Origin: Candidatus Poribacteria bacterium
GTDB lineage: Bacteria; Poribacteria; WGA-4E; UBA9662
NCBI GenBank assembly: GCA_036339735.1
Contig: JAYZAL010000088.1
Location: 64,001 to 128,000, forward strand
Reading direction: 5' to 3'
DNA length: 64,000 bases
Positions 49,505 through 60,283 of the stretch are shown piece by piece. The position numbers were made by a program, and so were the translations under genes. Within the stretch, counting starts at the first letter, position 1. Each line of letters begins with the position of its first letter. The notes under the pieces are model-generated. The model did not search any database and was not told the origin of the DNA. It saw only the letters and a program-made list of their open reading frames with translations.

Positions 49505-49830
49505 TTATAAGAATAATTGTGTCGCTGGTAATTGAAAGTTGATCAATGCCCGTCTAATCAGTTCCCATTATATTTTTTCCATTTGAAACACTAATTTCTT
49601 CCAGTAAATTCTCCCCCGAATCATACTTTTATCCTCATCCTCAAAAACTCTACCAGTAGCTGTCCGATTTTCAACATGATCTAGCAACGTAAAACACAAG
49701 AAAATTACAAGTTATTATAATAAATTATTTCATTCGAATATCCTCTTTGGGATTGCTGGATGAAAATAAATTTATTTCTAACATGTATCGTATTCCGGCG
49801 TTCGAAAAACTCATTTAAGTTTATGTTAAT

Positions 49831-50997
49831 TTACTTTCTAGAAAAATTCCATCTTTTGAAGATTAATCGAAAATCTTGAAGGATACGTTTTTTACTCAGA
49901 CCAAATTGAACAAGAGAATACTGGTGCCTACTTATATAGCGTGAGCTGTTCTCCATTATCTGTTTTACTTCTTGATCATAAACTGATGAATACTCGAGAT
50001 CTAATTGATGGTAGATACGTTTGATTTCGTTCCGAGGGTCATTACGAAATTCATCATAATTTAAAATTTTATACCGATTTTCTTTGTAGGCTGTGAGTTT
50101 AGTCAACGGATAGTGGTACCAATGACGAATCATTTCCATCGTGCTTTCAAAAATAGGAGTCCTATTTTTAAAGACTCCTTCATTAACGTTAGCCAAGTGA
50201 GTACATAAGTACTGGAATACACTCAGATTAGAGGGAATTGTACTAATTGGATTACGGATAATTAAAATAAAACGAGATTCTGGCAAGAACGTCATTATAG
50301 ATTCAATACGAGGACAAAAATGAGGATTTTTAGATAAAAAACTTTTGTTGGGTCCAAAAACATATAGGTGCCGACGGACGCAATTCTTGTAAAATTCCAT
50401 TTGCTTTTTTCTAATACTATAAGGCACTTCCTGATCATAGTAGATATAAGGTTTAAAATCTTCCTGATAAGGAAATAAATAGATTAAGAAAAAGCTAGAA
50501 AACTGGTGAAGAAATATCGCTTCGTCTTCTTCCATGTCGAACCAAGATAACTGATGAAGTTGATGTAGGTTTTTAAACCACCAAGACTCAAAATTCGCCA
50601 TCAATTGAAAAATAGAAGAACCGAACAGACGGTCCAACCGACCTAAAAATAAGAAAATGTACTTCTGGCAAATGGCTGGAGCAACGCATACTTCCCAAAG
50701 GCTCATACCTGTAAATTGGGCATGGTCTTTCGAAATAATTCTTTGCAGAAAAGTTGTACCGCTTCTTGGCACACCGATGATAAAGAGCGGTTTAACTTCG
50801 ATCTTTTTATAACTATTAAAGAAAATATCGTCGAGATAAAAGCATATCCAGTTAAATATCTGTTGAGGTATAAACCAAATTGAGAAAAGGAAAAGTACGA
50901 ATAATTGCTTAAAACGTGGCTTATTTGGTTGCCGAATTGTGTCTGAGAAAAGTTTAGACATCAAGGTTATAAAAAACCGGTAATTAAATACATTCAT
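49831..50997 (-). CDS. PAPS-dependent sulfotransferase
   Basis: PLFIIGVPRSGTTFL (5'-PSB loop), EEDE, LSKNP, IIRNP...S, YDEFRNDP. Confidence 0.9.
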   Translation of the reverse strand: MNVFNYRFFITLMSKLFSDTIRQPNKPRFKQLFVLFLFSIWFIPQQIFNWICFYLDDIFFNSYKKIEVKPLFIIGVPRSGTTFLQRIISKDHAQFTGMSLWEVCVAPAICQKYIFLFLGRLDRLFGSSIFQLMANFESWWFKNLHQLHQLSWFDMEEDEAIFLHQFSSFFLIYLFPYQEDFKPYIYYDQEVPYSIRKKQMEFYKNCVRRHLYVFGPNKSFLSKNPHFCPRIESIMTFLPESRFILIIRNPISTIPSNLSVFQYLCTHLANVNEGVFKNRTPIFESTMEMIRHWYHYPLTKLTAYKENRYKILNYDEFRNDPRNEIKRIYHQLDLEYSSVYDQEVKQIMENSSRYISRHQYSLVQFGLSKKRILQDFRLIFKRWNFSRK

Positions 50998-51857
50998 CTA
51001 GTCTGGTAGGTATGTTCGCACTTTCTCTTGATTTCATTTAGTTAATTTGTAGATTCATCACAGTAGGAAACAACTAATACCCTTGATGACAGCACCAGTT
51101 CAAGAGGATAAAAGAAAGAATAATGTTTTATTGTGAAAAGAATAAATTTAGGTTACAAAAAAATACGATCTAGTTTTGTCTGCACTCTGAATTAATTATT
51201 TTTCTGGTTATGAATAGAACGGACATAAGATGATAAGCGGCTTTTGTCTATCGTCTTTGGGCTAAATTAAATATAAAAATATCAAAAGAACAAAGGATAT
51301 CACACTCGAAAATATAGAGCATTAGTTGTACCAAAATAATTTACTCGATATCGAATGATCGTAGTTTCTGTTTTGCTAAATTGATTTAATTATGAACACT
51401 AGGTCGTTTAGATGATTAGCACAATTAGTTTGGTAGCTGTTTATCAACTATTGGCGGTCAAGCCTTAGGGGTCAAATAACCAAAACAGAAGAGTGCAAAA
51501 TCAATGCTAATTTTTTACTGGTAAATCAAGTGGTCTATCTTGACAAGAAAATTTATGACGATAGTCTCTTAGTTCAAATACTATCGATCCTGGCGCCTAT
51601 GGTAAACCAAAAGTATAAGCTAACACCTAATGTAGACCTGTGCTTTTCCAACATAATACTGACTTAATAACTAACAGAAACTGATTATCTTTTCTAAATA
51701 TATGGATAATGTTCATAGAATGATACTATCGCAGAATTGGTTGAGTTTTCTACAAAAAACTATAGGTCAATCAGGGTAAAATGAAATCTATTTTAAGATA
51801 AGCTGAAAACAAAATCATATCCAGGCAGAGGTGGAATCATAATCTATTTGGTCCCAC

Positions 51858-53396
51858 CTATCTATTCGATATTTTTTTCCTAGTCAGATGTAGGTTGCCT
51901 TTAGGGATGGAAAAAATGAATGCAGTAACAGCAGTGGCTGCAATTCTAGAGTCGCTTCCATAACCAGCATTATCACGATTAGGCTGATAGTAGAAGCTAC
52001 CATCAGGACACTGGGCGAGTGTGAACCACCAACGGTTGGCCTCCATCAACTGGCGAAAGCAGTCGGAATCGACGTTAGCTCCGATAGCTGTATAACCCAT
52101 ACCCATAATTGGTGAGCCATGGGTGTCAGGAAAGCTCTGTGGATGTTGGCCTATTACCTTAGCCTGTAAAAAAGCAAACTTACTATGTTCATTCCCCTGA
52201 TAAGGGCTCAATTGGTGAGCGATGGCAGAAGCTCCTGTACGTCCCATATCAGCCCAATCATTTGGCCCAGCAGGTTGGTCTTTATACCAGACGTAACCAT
52301 TGGCTCCAGCAGAACGTCGCAAAAAGTTATAGGCCGCTACATGCCGGTCTGGGTCAACATCGATTCCACAACGGTGCATCAAGGAGAAAGCTAAAGCCCC
52401 TTGAGCGGTTAGCATACTGATCGGTCCATAACCTTCAAATCCGGGATTGTGTCCCCATCCACCGTGAGAATCCATCTTATCTTTTGGATAAGCGTGAGGA
52501 TGTGTCTCTTTTACTTTTTCATTAATCTGATTCATATCGATGTATTGGGTGGATACCAGAAATTCATATACTTCCTGAATTTCTTTCAGTACCCATTTTT
52601 CTCTTGTGAATAAGTAGTATTCACTCATAACGATAGCTGCAGACATATAACGCCAGTTTATCAGCCAAGAGCTGTCTTCTGAACTTGTGGTCCGTGCGTG
52701 CATCTTTACGTTTTTCTTAACAGCATCTAGATATCGTTTTTCACCGCTAGCCAAAAGAGCTAATGGTGCAAAAGTGTTCTGTGGTGGTATCCCCCAAGAA
52801 CCATCTTCGCCTTGATGGTCGACCAGATACTGATACAGTTGATCCCGAATAAGATTTGTTTTTTTGCAGTCGAATGGGAAATTTTGACCATAGGTTCCAG
52901 ATTGATGCCCGATATTGAGTAGGACATTCTCTGTAGCCCCTCGACGATCTAGAGTTACAGATAAAGCTCCCATCGCTGAGGTGTTTTGGCAATTTTCCAG
53001 TGCGATAGCAAAGTCAAGGACTGGTCCATCAGCGCCAAACTTATCCATACCGTATCCATTTTTGTGTTCGGTATTGAACAGTTCGTTGTTAACACCAATT
53101 ATTAAATCACCAGGAGAGATTTTTCCGTCAGCCGGCGAGCGGGGAAATACATATTTGACTAAAAGATACTTAGGTTTATCAGCTACTAGTTCAACACGGA
53201 TGCCAGTAACACCCAAATTGTAGTACCAGCCCCCAACCACAGCGTCAGGACCAGTTTCAGATTTTTGATTCCAAGGGCTACCATTACCCAAGTAGTGGAC
53301 CTGGGCTGAAGAAAAAGGGACACTACCAAGAATTAGCATAATACCTAGAATTAACAAGATAGGACATTGAAACAATAAAAATAACGTGTTTTTCAT
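51858..53396 (-). CDS. Exported DUF6288-like protein (PDZ-like domain plus alpha/alpha barrel)
   Basis: Signal peptide, YNLGVTG, SPADG.I.PGDLI.GVN, Q..DGSW, GGWGH, Q.PDGSF repeats. Confidence 0.65.
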   Translation of the reverse strand: MKNTLFLLFQCPILLILGIMLILGSVPFSSAQVHYLGNGSPWNQKSETGPDAVVGGWYYNLGVTGIRVELVADKPKYLLVKYVFPRSPADGKISPGDLIIGVNNELFNTEHKNGYGMDKFGADGPVLDFAIALENCQNTSAMGALSVTLDRRGATENVLLNIGHQSGTYGQNFPFDCKKTNLIRDQLYQYLVDHQGEDGSWGIPPQNTFAPLALLASGEKRYLDAVKKNVKMHARTTSSEDSSWLINWRYMSAAIVMSEYYLFTREKWVLKEIQEVYEFLVSTQYIDMNQINEKVKETHPHAYPKDKMDSHGGWGHNPGFEGYGPISMLTAQGALAFSLMHRCGIDVDPDRHVAAYNFLRRSAGANGYVWYKDQPAGPNDWADMGRTGASAIAHQLSPYQGNEHSKFAFLQAKVIGQHPQSFPDTHGSPIMGMGYTAIGANVDSDCFRQLMEANRWWFTLAQCPDGSFYYQPNRDNAGYGSDSRIAATAVTAFIFSIPKGNLHLTRKKISNR

Positions 53397-53545
53397 AATT
53401 CAACCAAATTTCTCAATCCTTTGATGTCAATTCGTGAAAAAGAATTAACATGATATTTTTATAATTGTCTACCAATATCTAGGCATTAATCTGATAAATT
53501 ACAACAAACGCTCTTAAATTTTATTTGTAGACGTATTACAAGAGT

Positions 53546-54838
53546 TTATTTGCTCAGATTAATGCAGATTAACTCTTCATCATTGCGGACAAATATATGC
53601 TTATTAGCAAAAGCGGGGTGCGACCAGCAGACACCGCCACGGCGGTTCAACTGATCTTTTGTTGGCTTAATGATTTGGGAACGACTGATCAAATTAACTT
53701 TTTCCGGAGAAAGTTTAGTTAGTAATAATTCTCCTTTCTCATTAAATATCCATACATAATCCCTGTTTTTAACGAAGTGAGCTGTACTCCATCTTTCAAT
53801 AGGAGCAATAGTAACGTCTTCAAAAACACGGTCCCCAGTAGCAATATCTAGACAGCGAAAATGGCCATAGCTATCAATACCGTAAATAAAATCTCCAATT
53901 AATATGGGAGTAGAAATCAGAGAGTGAAGACTATCTGTTTGATGCTCGTCTTCTCCTCTTCGGTGCCACACCTTTTCTGCTCGTAATTCAGATGAGTCAA
54001 GACGAACTAGCATTGAACCATCAAAAAAATTGCTGATAAACACATGGCCTTGATGATGAACTGGGGTCGCAATACCAATGGCCATTCGAGAAGGATGGCA
54101 ATCAATTTCCCAATAAGTTTTTCCACTTTCAGGAGACAAACCAACTAGATGGTTACCCGTATAACATACCAAGACTTTTTCGTTGGCCTGCTTGATCAAA
54201 ATTGGTGTGGAATACGATGCAGGATCTGATCTAGCAGTCCACAATTCCTCACCAGTCTGACGGTCTAATGCCACCAAGCAAGCACTCTTTCCACCGATTT
54301 GTAAAAACAATTTATTTTCTTCTACTACTGGTGAGGCTGCAATCCCCCAAGTTGGCATCTGGATTTGGTAAATCTGATTGAGGTCTTTTTTCCACTTCAC
54401 TTGTCCCGTTTCTGCTACGAAACAATGGAGGTGGCCCATTGTTCCCAAGGCATAAGCCAATCCATCGACAATAACCACAGAGGTTCGTGGACCAGCGGTA
54501 TAACCCACATTTTGATACTGACATTCATAACTATAACTCCAAACACGATGACCTGTTTCGGCTGAGAAACAGTGAACATTTTCTACCTGTTTGGGTTTTG
54601 TTTCTCGGTCCATGACATAAACTCGACCTTCGGATACCGTTGGTCCACTGTACCCACTACCAATAGGTACTCGCCAAGTAGGCTTTTGTAAATCTTCGGT
54701 ATCAAAATGATTAATAATTCCAATTTCATTCCAAGTACCATCCCTGTTAGGTCCTCGCCATTGATACCAATCTTCAGCTGGGAGCCAAACAGATAACAAG
54801 CCAAGTAGGAATAAACATAGCAGGAAACGTCCATTCAT
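53546..54838 (-). CDS. PQQ-binding-like beta-propeller protein (exported)
   Basis: Signal peptide, DWYQWRGPNRDG, TG..W repeats, WSHPAFAN. Confidence 0.88.
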   Translation of the reverse strand: MNGRFLLCLFLLGLLSVWLPAEDWYQWRGPNRDGTWNEIGIINHFDTEDLQKPTWRVPIGSGYSGPTVSEGRVYVMDRETKPKQVENVHCFSAETGHRVWSYSYECQYQNVGYTAGPRTSVVIVDGLAYALGTMGHLHCFVAETGQVKWKKDLNQIYQIQMPTWGIAASPVVEENKLFLQIGGKSACLVALDRQTGEELWTARSDPASYSTPILIKQANEKVLVCYTGNHLVGLSPESGKTYWEIDCHPSRMAIGIATPVHHQGHVFISNFFDGSMLVRLDSSELRAEKVWHRRGEDEHQTDSLHSLISTPILIGDFIYGIDSYGHFRCLDIATGDRVFEDVTIAPIERWSTAHFVKNRDYVWIFNEKGELLLTKLSPEKVNLISRSQIIKPTKDQLNRRGGVCWSHPAFANKHIFVRNDEELICINLSK

Positions 54839-55150
54839 GTCACTAGTCCTTGATAAATGAATAATAAAGATATAATTTTAGAAAAAAATCGGGAATGTAA
54901 AAGAAAGACCTAGTTTGATTTATCGATTTTTGTTTCATCTCGCCTTCTGATTCTAACTAAATTTGTTGACCTGTCAAGGTCCTGCGATCAGAATAATCAT
55001 TCTCAAAAGTAAAAAGAAGCCAAGATAGTTTACAAAAAACTTTGATTTGTCGGCTATTGTCTATCAGTGGTAAAAGTAGAGGAATCATTGGAATACTTGA
55101 TTTTGATTTGAGCTGACTAAATCTATAAGTTGAGATAATTCGTATTTATT

Positions 55151-56617
55151 TTATCTGCTAATTGGCTTACTCGCGACCAGACTATTTATATACTCTTCTA
55201 AGTTGGTGTAACCATCACCGTCTTGATCGCTAATGCCATCACTAGGATCTTCCGCGTCTAGTCCGTTTGATTTTTCCCAGTAATTAGGTATACCATCTCG
55301 GTCAATATCCCAATCTTTCGGTCTTTGTTCTGTTGGGTAATGATCCCAACCACCAACTTGTCTTTGTGAGTCAATCAGTACGCCTTTCTGCATAACGATA
55401 TTTTCGATAACTCGTTCGTCTACTGTATCTCGCACTAATGAACAACCTGAATACTTTAGACAGTTTGAATAGGCATCTTTAGCGGTTTGTGTTGGCACAG
55501 AAAACTCACCGCAATCGATTTCTGATTTCAATTCCCATCGATTGCGTGATGTCGACATATAACTCCCAGTATTCGTATATTCTATTGCTGTAAAGTTATC
55601 TGAGTTGAAAACTTCTGACATCCCATCAAAGTAGTTACCTTGAATAAAACCTTTAGCTCTAGTTGTATCATGATCCTTAATTCGTAATGGTGGCGTAGAA
55701 TAATTTTTTGTACATGGACCAGGTCTATAATAGTTATTGATGCAGTTAATTTGTACTCCACCCAAATTCGTTGGACCACTCCAGTTATAATTAACGCAGT
55801 TTCGAAAGTCAACAATCCAGTTCGATCCACCTTTTTTAGCACCAGACCCTATAGTTGGATGACGATTTCTAGAAGTGGAGTAGATATTGCCGTAAATGGT
55901 CGTGTTACCAAAACAGTCTCGTAGCGAAGTGGCCATGGCATGTGCTCCCTTTCGATGGAGCGATCGATTAAGTGCTTCGCTATAAATTAACCACTGTAAC
56001 GTCATGTTCTTATTACCGCGATAATCAGAATTACCATCAATCCCCCAACTTAGCGAAAGATGATCTAGGATAATTTGGTCATTATAGTTTACTGTCATAA
56101 CGTCTGGTGCCGCCCCCTGTTCTTTGTTTTCATCTCCTAGCCTTACGCGAATGTAGCGGACAATGATTTGTTTACTTTCTTTGATAGAAAAATTTTGATC
56201 ACGTAATGTAATTCCTTTACCCGGAGCTGTTTGACCAGCTAAAGTCAAATAACTCTTACCTTTAATTTCCATTGGACTCTTTAAGATAATAGTACCTGCG
56301 ACTTCGAAAACAATTGTTCGAGGCCCATCAGCTGTCTTAATCCCATAACGAAGTGATCCAGGACCGTTATCCTTTAGATTCGTGACTTGGTAAACGTCTC
56401 CACCCCGACCACCTAGGGTATACTTTCCAAAGCCTTCTGCGCCGGGGAAAGCGGCTATTCGGACATCGCCTGATATTGAATCAAATGCTAAAAAAAGAAT
56501 AAGTATATTTACTATCCATATAATCTTAAAAATTCTAATTAGACTACAACAACTGTTTATTCGATTCTCTTGTTCTGTCTTAATAAGGGAATGGTAAGAA
56601 ATTTTCATTTTGCTCAC
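55151..56617 (-). CDS. Pectate lyase (PL1-type) with C-terminal DxDxDG Ca-binding repeats
   Basis: AFPGAEGFG...GGRGG.VY.VTNL.D.GPGSLR, AGQTAPG.GI, DHLSLSWGID, RHP, DIDRDGIP, DQDGDGYTNLEEY. Confidence 0.88.
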   Translation of the reverse strand: MSKMKISYHSLIKTEQENRINSCCSLIRIFKIIWIVNILILFLAFDSISGDVRIAAFPGAEGFGKYTLGGRGGDVYQVTNLKDNGPGSLRYGIKTADGPRTIVFEVAGTIILKSPMEIKGKSYLTLAGQTAPGKGITLRDQNFSIKESKQIIVRYIRVRLGDENKEQGAAPDVMTVNYNDQIILDHLSLSWGIDGNSDYRGNKNMTLQWLIYSEALNRSLHRKGAHAMATSLRDCFGNTTIYGNIYSTSRNRHPTIGSGAKKGGSNWIVDFRNCVNYNWSGPTNLGGVQINCINNYYRPGPCTKNYSTPPLRIKDHDTTRAKGFIQGNYFDGMSEVFNSDNFTAIEYTNTGSYMSTSRNRWELKSEIDCGEFSVPTQTAKDAYSNCLKYSGCSLVRDTVDERVIENIVMQKGVLIDSQRQVGGWDHYPTEQRPKDWDIDRDGIPNYWEKSNGLDAEDPSDGISDQDGDGYTNLEEYINSLVASKPISR

Positions 56618-56770
56618 CCTAGTTACTTAGCCCAAATTGTAAAATAGGAGCTCACACAATTTTGACTGTCTATTTCGATTTGGTGTTATAGTTACTTGTT
56701 TTTGATTGTACAACGGAGAAAATTAATCAGCTCATTATCGGCAAAGAGCTTAATGACGGACTGATTGGAG

Positions 56771-58063
56771 TTAAGCCCAGAGAGTATTTAGTCTTCTGGC
56801 AGTCCGTCCAGATAATGCCTGAAGTGATTTGGCAGCAGATGTGTCTCCAGCCAAATGGGCTAGCATCAGTCGTCCTTCTTCAACACACAGTGTATCTTGC
56901 TGTGGTAGTACTTCTCTTAGAAGAAAAAGCACATATTTGACTAGTCGGAATGGTCCATAGACTCGGATAGATTCGCCGGGAATAGATTCCACTGCGACTG
57001 AAAAAAGATCTTTGATACTAATTATCAAATCAGAATGTGTCAACGTAGGTGAAAGGACAACCGTATAGTACCATCCGAATAGTGATCCAGTTTCACAACC
57101 GTGTGAATCACTAACACCCACTATGGGTAACTCGTTACCCATAGCACGTTCTTCGTAGTAGCGTGCTACCTGTAAAGTGTTAGAATCGACAGATTGTCGA
57201 TCATAACCACCTAGTAATTCATATGCATCGAATGGTTGAGTTTGCAACAAATAAGAAGTTAGGGCACCAGATGGTGAATAACGGTGACCAGTAAACCAAT
57301 AAGGGTGACAAAAAACACCTAAGCCACCACCTTTTCGTATTTTTTCGAAAGACCAGCAGCAGGAAGCATAAACATAACGATCTACACCTGCAGGAAGTGG
57401 ACCGAGTTGTTGCTCAATTTGGTTCACTTCCGCCTGATACTTCTCTTTATCCTCGAATAGTTCGTTTACACTGAAGCTACCACCGAAATTGACTATGTGA
57501 ACTGGATTATTTGGAGGGTGTACTTCTTCACCAGGATAAATTCGTAGATCAATTGGAACCCCATCATAGGCTTGTTTTGCTGCCAACGATGGTTCATATT
57601 TGCGATGGTCGGTCAAGGCCATAAAATCAAGCCCAATCTTTCTACAGCATCCTGCTACATATCCAGGAGATTCTCGCCCATCAGATAGATGGCTGTGCAT
57701 GTGTATGTCGCCCTTGTAAGGCTTTCGATCGAATAAGTCAGGTTGAACTGAATAGAGCCGGAATTCACCAACCAACCTCCGGTTGCTTCCCAAAACCTCT
57801 TCTACGAGCAACACATGCTCTTGTTCCCCCTCAAAGTATTGTGACAGGCGCAAACAGTCATCTATTACTGTCAGGTTCTGTCTATTCTGCTTAGGCCAAC
57901 CACTCTGAAGAGCAATTTCTTCTACAGGATAATAAGTAATCTGGTACTGTCGGTCAGAATTGAAATAGACATGATCAAATAGTGGTCGAATTTTAACAAC
58001 GGTCTCCTTGTCAGCAGGTACGACTTTCGGTAACAATTCGAAAAAACGGTTTTCGGCTTTCAT
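56771..58063 (-). CDS. PHP domain protein (putative phosphoesterase)
   Basis: GDIHMHSHLSDG, ALTDH, GEE, CHPYW, VSDSH. Start moved to ATG 58063. Confidence 0.85.
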   Translation of the reverse strand: MKAENRFFELLPKVVPADKETVVKIRPLFDHVYFNSDRQYQITYYPVEEIALQSGWPKQNRQNLTVIDDCLRLSQYFEGEQEHVLLVEEVLGSNRRLVGEFRLYSVQPDLFDRKPYKGDIHMHSHLSDGRESPGYVAGCCRKIGLDFMALTDHRKYEPSLAAKQAYDGVPIDLRIYPGEEVHPPNNPVHIVNFGGSFSVNELFEDKEKYQAEVNQIEQQLGPLPAGVDRYVYASCCWSFEKIRKGGGLGVFCHPYWFTGHRYSPSGALTSYLLQTQPFDAYELLGGYDRQSVDSNTLQVARYYEERAMGNELPIVGVSDSHGCETGSLFGWYYTVVLSPTLTHSDLIISIKDLFSVAVESIPGESIRVYGPFRLVKYVLFLLREVLPQQDTLCVEEGRLMLAHLAGDTSAAKSLQALSGRTARRLNTLWA

Positions 58064-58154
58064 AATTTTCGGCAATAATTTTGTTTTGAATAATCTAATC
58101 AAGATTATAAACAGATTTACAATATCGAATGGCTATCATTTCCGTTTATAATCT

Positions 58155-59180
58155 TTAAACTGCGTAAGTTTTCCACTGTCCTAAACACCCTGGTCCCCGC
58201 CTGACGTGTAGTAACCTCTTTTCCGCTTCAGCTATGTAACCTGAAACGGAATACATTCCATCCGCTCCATGACGACATATACCAGCCGGATGACCATCGT
58301 GGTCTGATAAAATCTCTTTTATCACTGGTACCGATAAACATCCTAAGTTCTCTTCGAATAGTTGTCTCGCTCGATCCAGTCTACTGCGGGAATCTGGTAA
58401 GAGGTATCTTTCCTGTGGTGCATAGTCATCTGTCAACGCATGATTGGTATGTACTAACCCATTAGTCCACTTATCTTGCCAAATTGAATGTCCTGATGGA
58501 TAGATTTCAATATCACAAATCTGACCTTCACCGTCACAAATGACTTTGTTTGTCGCTGAACACACCTTGACGCTTTGTAGTAATTCTAGGCATTTGGCCA
58601 GATTGTCTTGTTCCAACAGAATTCTTTTAATTGGGTAATGAGGTATACCGTACTGCCACTGGTAACCATACAGTGCGTTGGTAAAGTGAGCTACTCCATG
58701 TTGATTCAGGCCAGCATATCCTAATTGTCCAGCAAATGTAAATATTAAAGCCCTAGGTTTGCCTGTCGGTTTGAGGTGTAGTAGAATTGCAACATCCTCA
58801 TACTGAGGCTCTAGGTCTTGATTTTGTCCAATCAGCGTTAATCCATCGGTTGTATTCTGACCTGTAAAAGCAAAAGTAGTACAGCCTCCATCTTCCGTTT
58901 GGCTGGCTTCGGTTCTTACTTGACACAAGACTGCTTCTTCCAAGCTAATATCCGCACCATCGGCCAATCCTTGAATTTCAGAGGCAAGATCATTACTAAG
59001 TTGTCTAATCAAAGGCAAGAAGGTTATGGCACGCCGAACCAGAACATCTCTGCTTTGGCCGGTTAGTTTTTCAATCCAAGTCAAGTACTTTTGAACTAAA
59101 TCTTTGGCTTGGCTACCATGTTGATAGCCTAACTGATAAGGAGTACCTGATACCTCGATTAAAGGAAATTCATCGATCAT
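58155..59180 (-). CDS. Peptidase C45 / acyl-CoA:6-APA acyltransferase-like Ntn hydrolase
   Basis: GYQHG, EIQGLADG, GG|CTT autocleavage site, GQNQD, GLNQHG, HTNH, SRSRL. Confidence 0.9.
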   Translation of the reverse strand: MIDEFPLIEVSGTPYQLGYQHGSQAKDLVQKYLTWIEKLTGQSRDVLVRRAITFLPLIRQLSNDLASEIQGLADGADISLEEAVLCQVRTEASQTEDGGCTTFAFTGQNTTDGLTLIGQNQDLEPQYEDVAILLHLKPTGKPRALIFTFAGQLGYAGLNQHGVAHFTNALYGYQWQYGIPHYPIKRILLEQDNLAKCLELLQSVKVCSATNKVICDGEGQICDIEIYPSGHSIWQDKWTNGLVHTNHALTDDYAPQERYLLPDSRSRLDRARQLFEENLGCLSVPVIKEILSDHDGHPAGICRHGADGMYSVSGYIAEAEKRLLHVRRGPGCLGQWKTYAV

Positions 59181-59205
59181 CGTTAACTATTTCGGACTGA
59201 TTTTA

Positions 59206-60003
59206 TTATGGTCGAAATTTGACAGTAGCCCAACATGTTGTCAATTTGTCAGTCAAATCTACTGATGCGGTTCCATTATATTCCAACATGAATAGTCCAC
59301 CAGCATACCCTTTATAAGCATGGGCATTTTTAATTCCACCTTTTTTGGAACCAATACTGTGGCTGGTGCGGATTAGGAATTCTCCATCGTTACCTGAACG
59401 AATATTTTCCCATCTGGCAATTAGTCCTTTATTATTTTGGCCTGTGCTAAACTCAACACTATCTTCGTCTACCTTTTGAGCTGTTGCAGAAGATGTATAA
59501 GTGAAGTTCTCAGCTCCCATAATTTTCCAGTTAGTTACTCGATCTTTGTAATCTGGGCCACCATTTCTGTTAACTGTACCGACAAAAGTATAGACACCAC
59601 CCGGTTTTAGTCCGGAAAATATCAAATCAAGATACCACCCTGGCCCATCGTTGTAACTCATATTGCCACTAGCATCAACAACATCCTTGAAGATTTTATC
59701 GGCGTCACTACCATTATCGAACATGGATTCATCCTTAGCCCAGTTAATTGAGTTACCTTGCGATTTATGTTCAACAAAACTAGCTGTCACTCCCGTTTCT
59801 TTACCTGTCTTAAACTGAAGGAGTTGGCCTTCTTCTGGAAATGGGTTGCCTCGACCAAGTCCGTAATTAGTAACATTTTTCTTTTGAAATTGAATGCCTT
59901 TTTCGTAGGCACAATCATTGAAGGCTCTCCATTCTGCTGACACTATACTGAATCCAGTTGAGATAAGGATTAAACAAAATATCCATTTTTTATCAGTCCA
60001 CAT
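59206..60003 (-). CDS. Exported hypothetical protein with conserved C-terminal motif
   Basis: ATG 60003 has a GGAGA RBS and gives a signal peptide (MWTDKKWIFCLILISTGFSIVSA). Ends SVDLTDKLTTCWATVKFRP. Confidence 0.75.
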   Translation of the reverse strand: MWTDKKWIFCLILISTGFSIVSAEWRAFNDCAYEKGIQFQKKNVTNYGLGRGNPFPEEGQLLQFKTGKETGVTASFVEHKSQGNSINWAKDESMFDNGSDADKIFKDVVDASGNMSYNDGPGWYLDLIFSGLKPGGVYTFVGTVNRNGGPDYKDRVTNWKIMGAENFTYTSSATAQKVDEDSVEFSTGQNNKGLIARWENIRSGNDGEFLIRTSHSIGSKKGGIKNAHAYKGYAGGLFMLEYNGTASVDLTDKLTTCWATVKFRP

Positions 60004-60283
60004 GTGATCTCCAACGATTAATTTTATTATTTGAGTCAATTGAGGTGTTTTCATGTTTTCATTCCGTATTTTTTGTATAGTCTGTGATGGAAGCAAGGTC
60101 TATTCTGTCACACCCTAGATGTAGCTACATTAGTTTCTAATTTTTTTGAACTGAGTCCAGGCAATCAAGCTGGCCAATTTTAGCATAAAGATTGCTTGAA
60201 TTGACAAACTTAACTAATGACTGAACATCGTGATAGAAACTATCTAAAATAATGAATCCCACAGGTACTGTAATAGAAAACAG

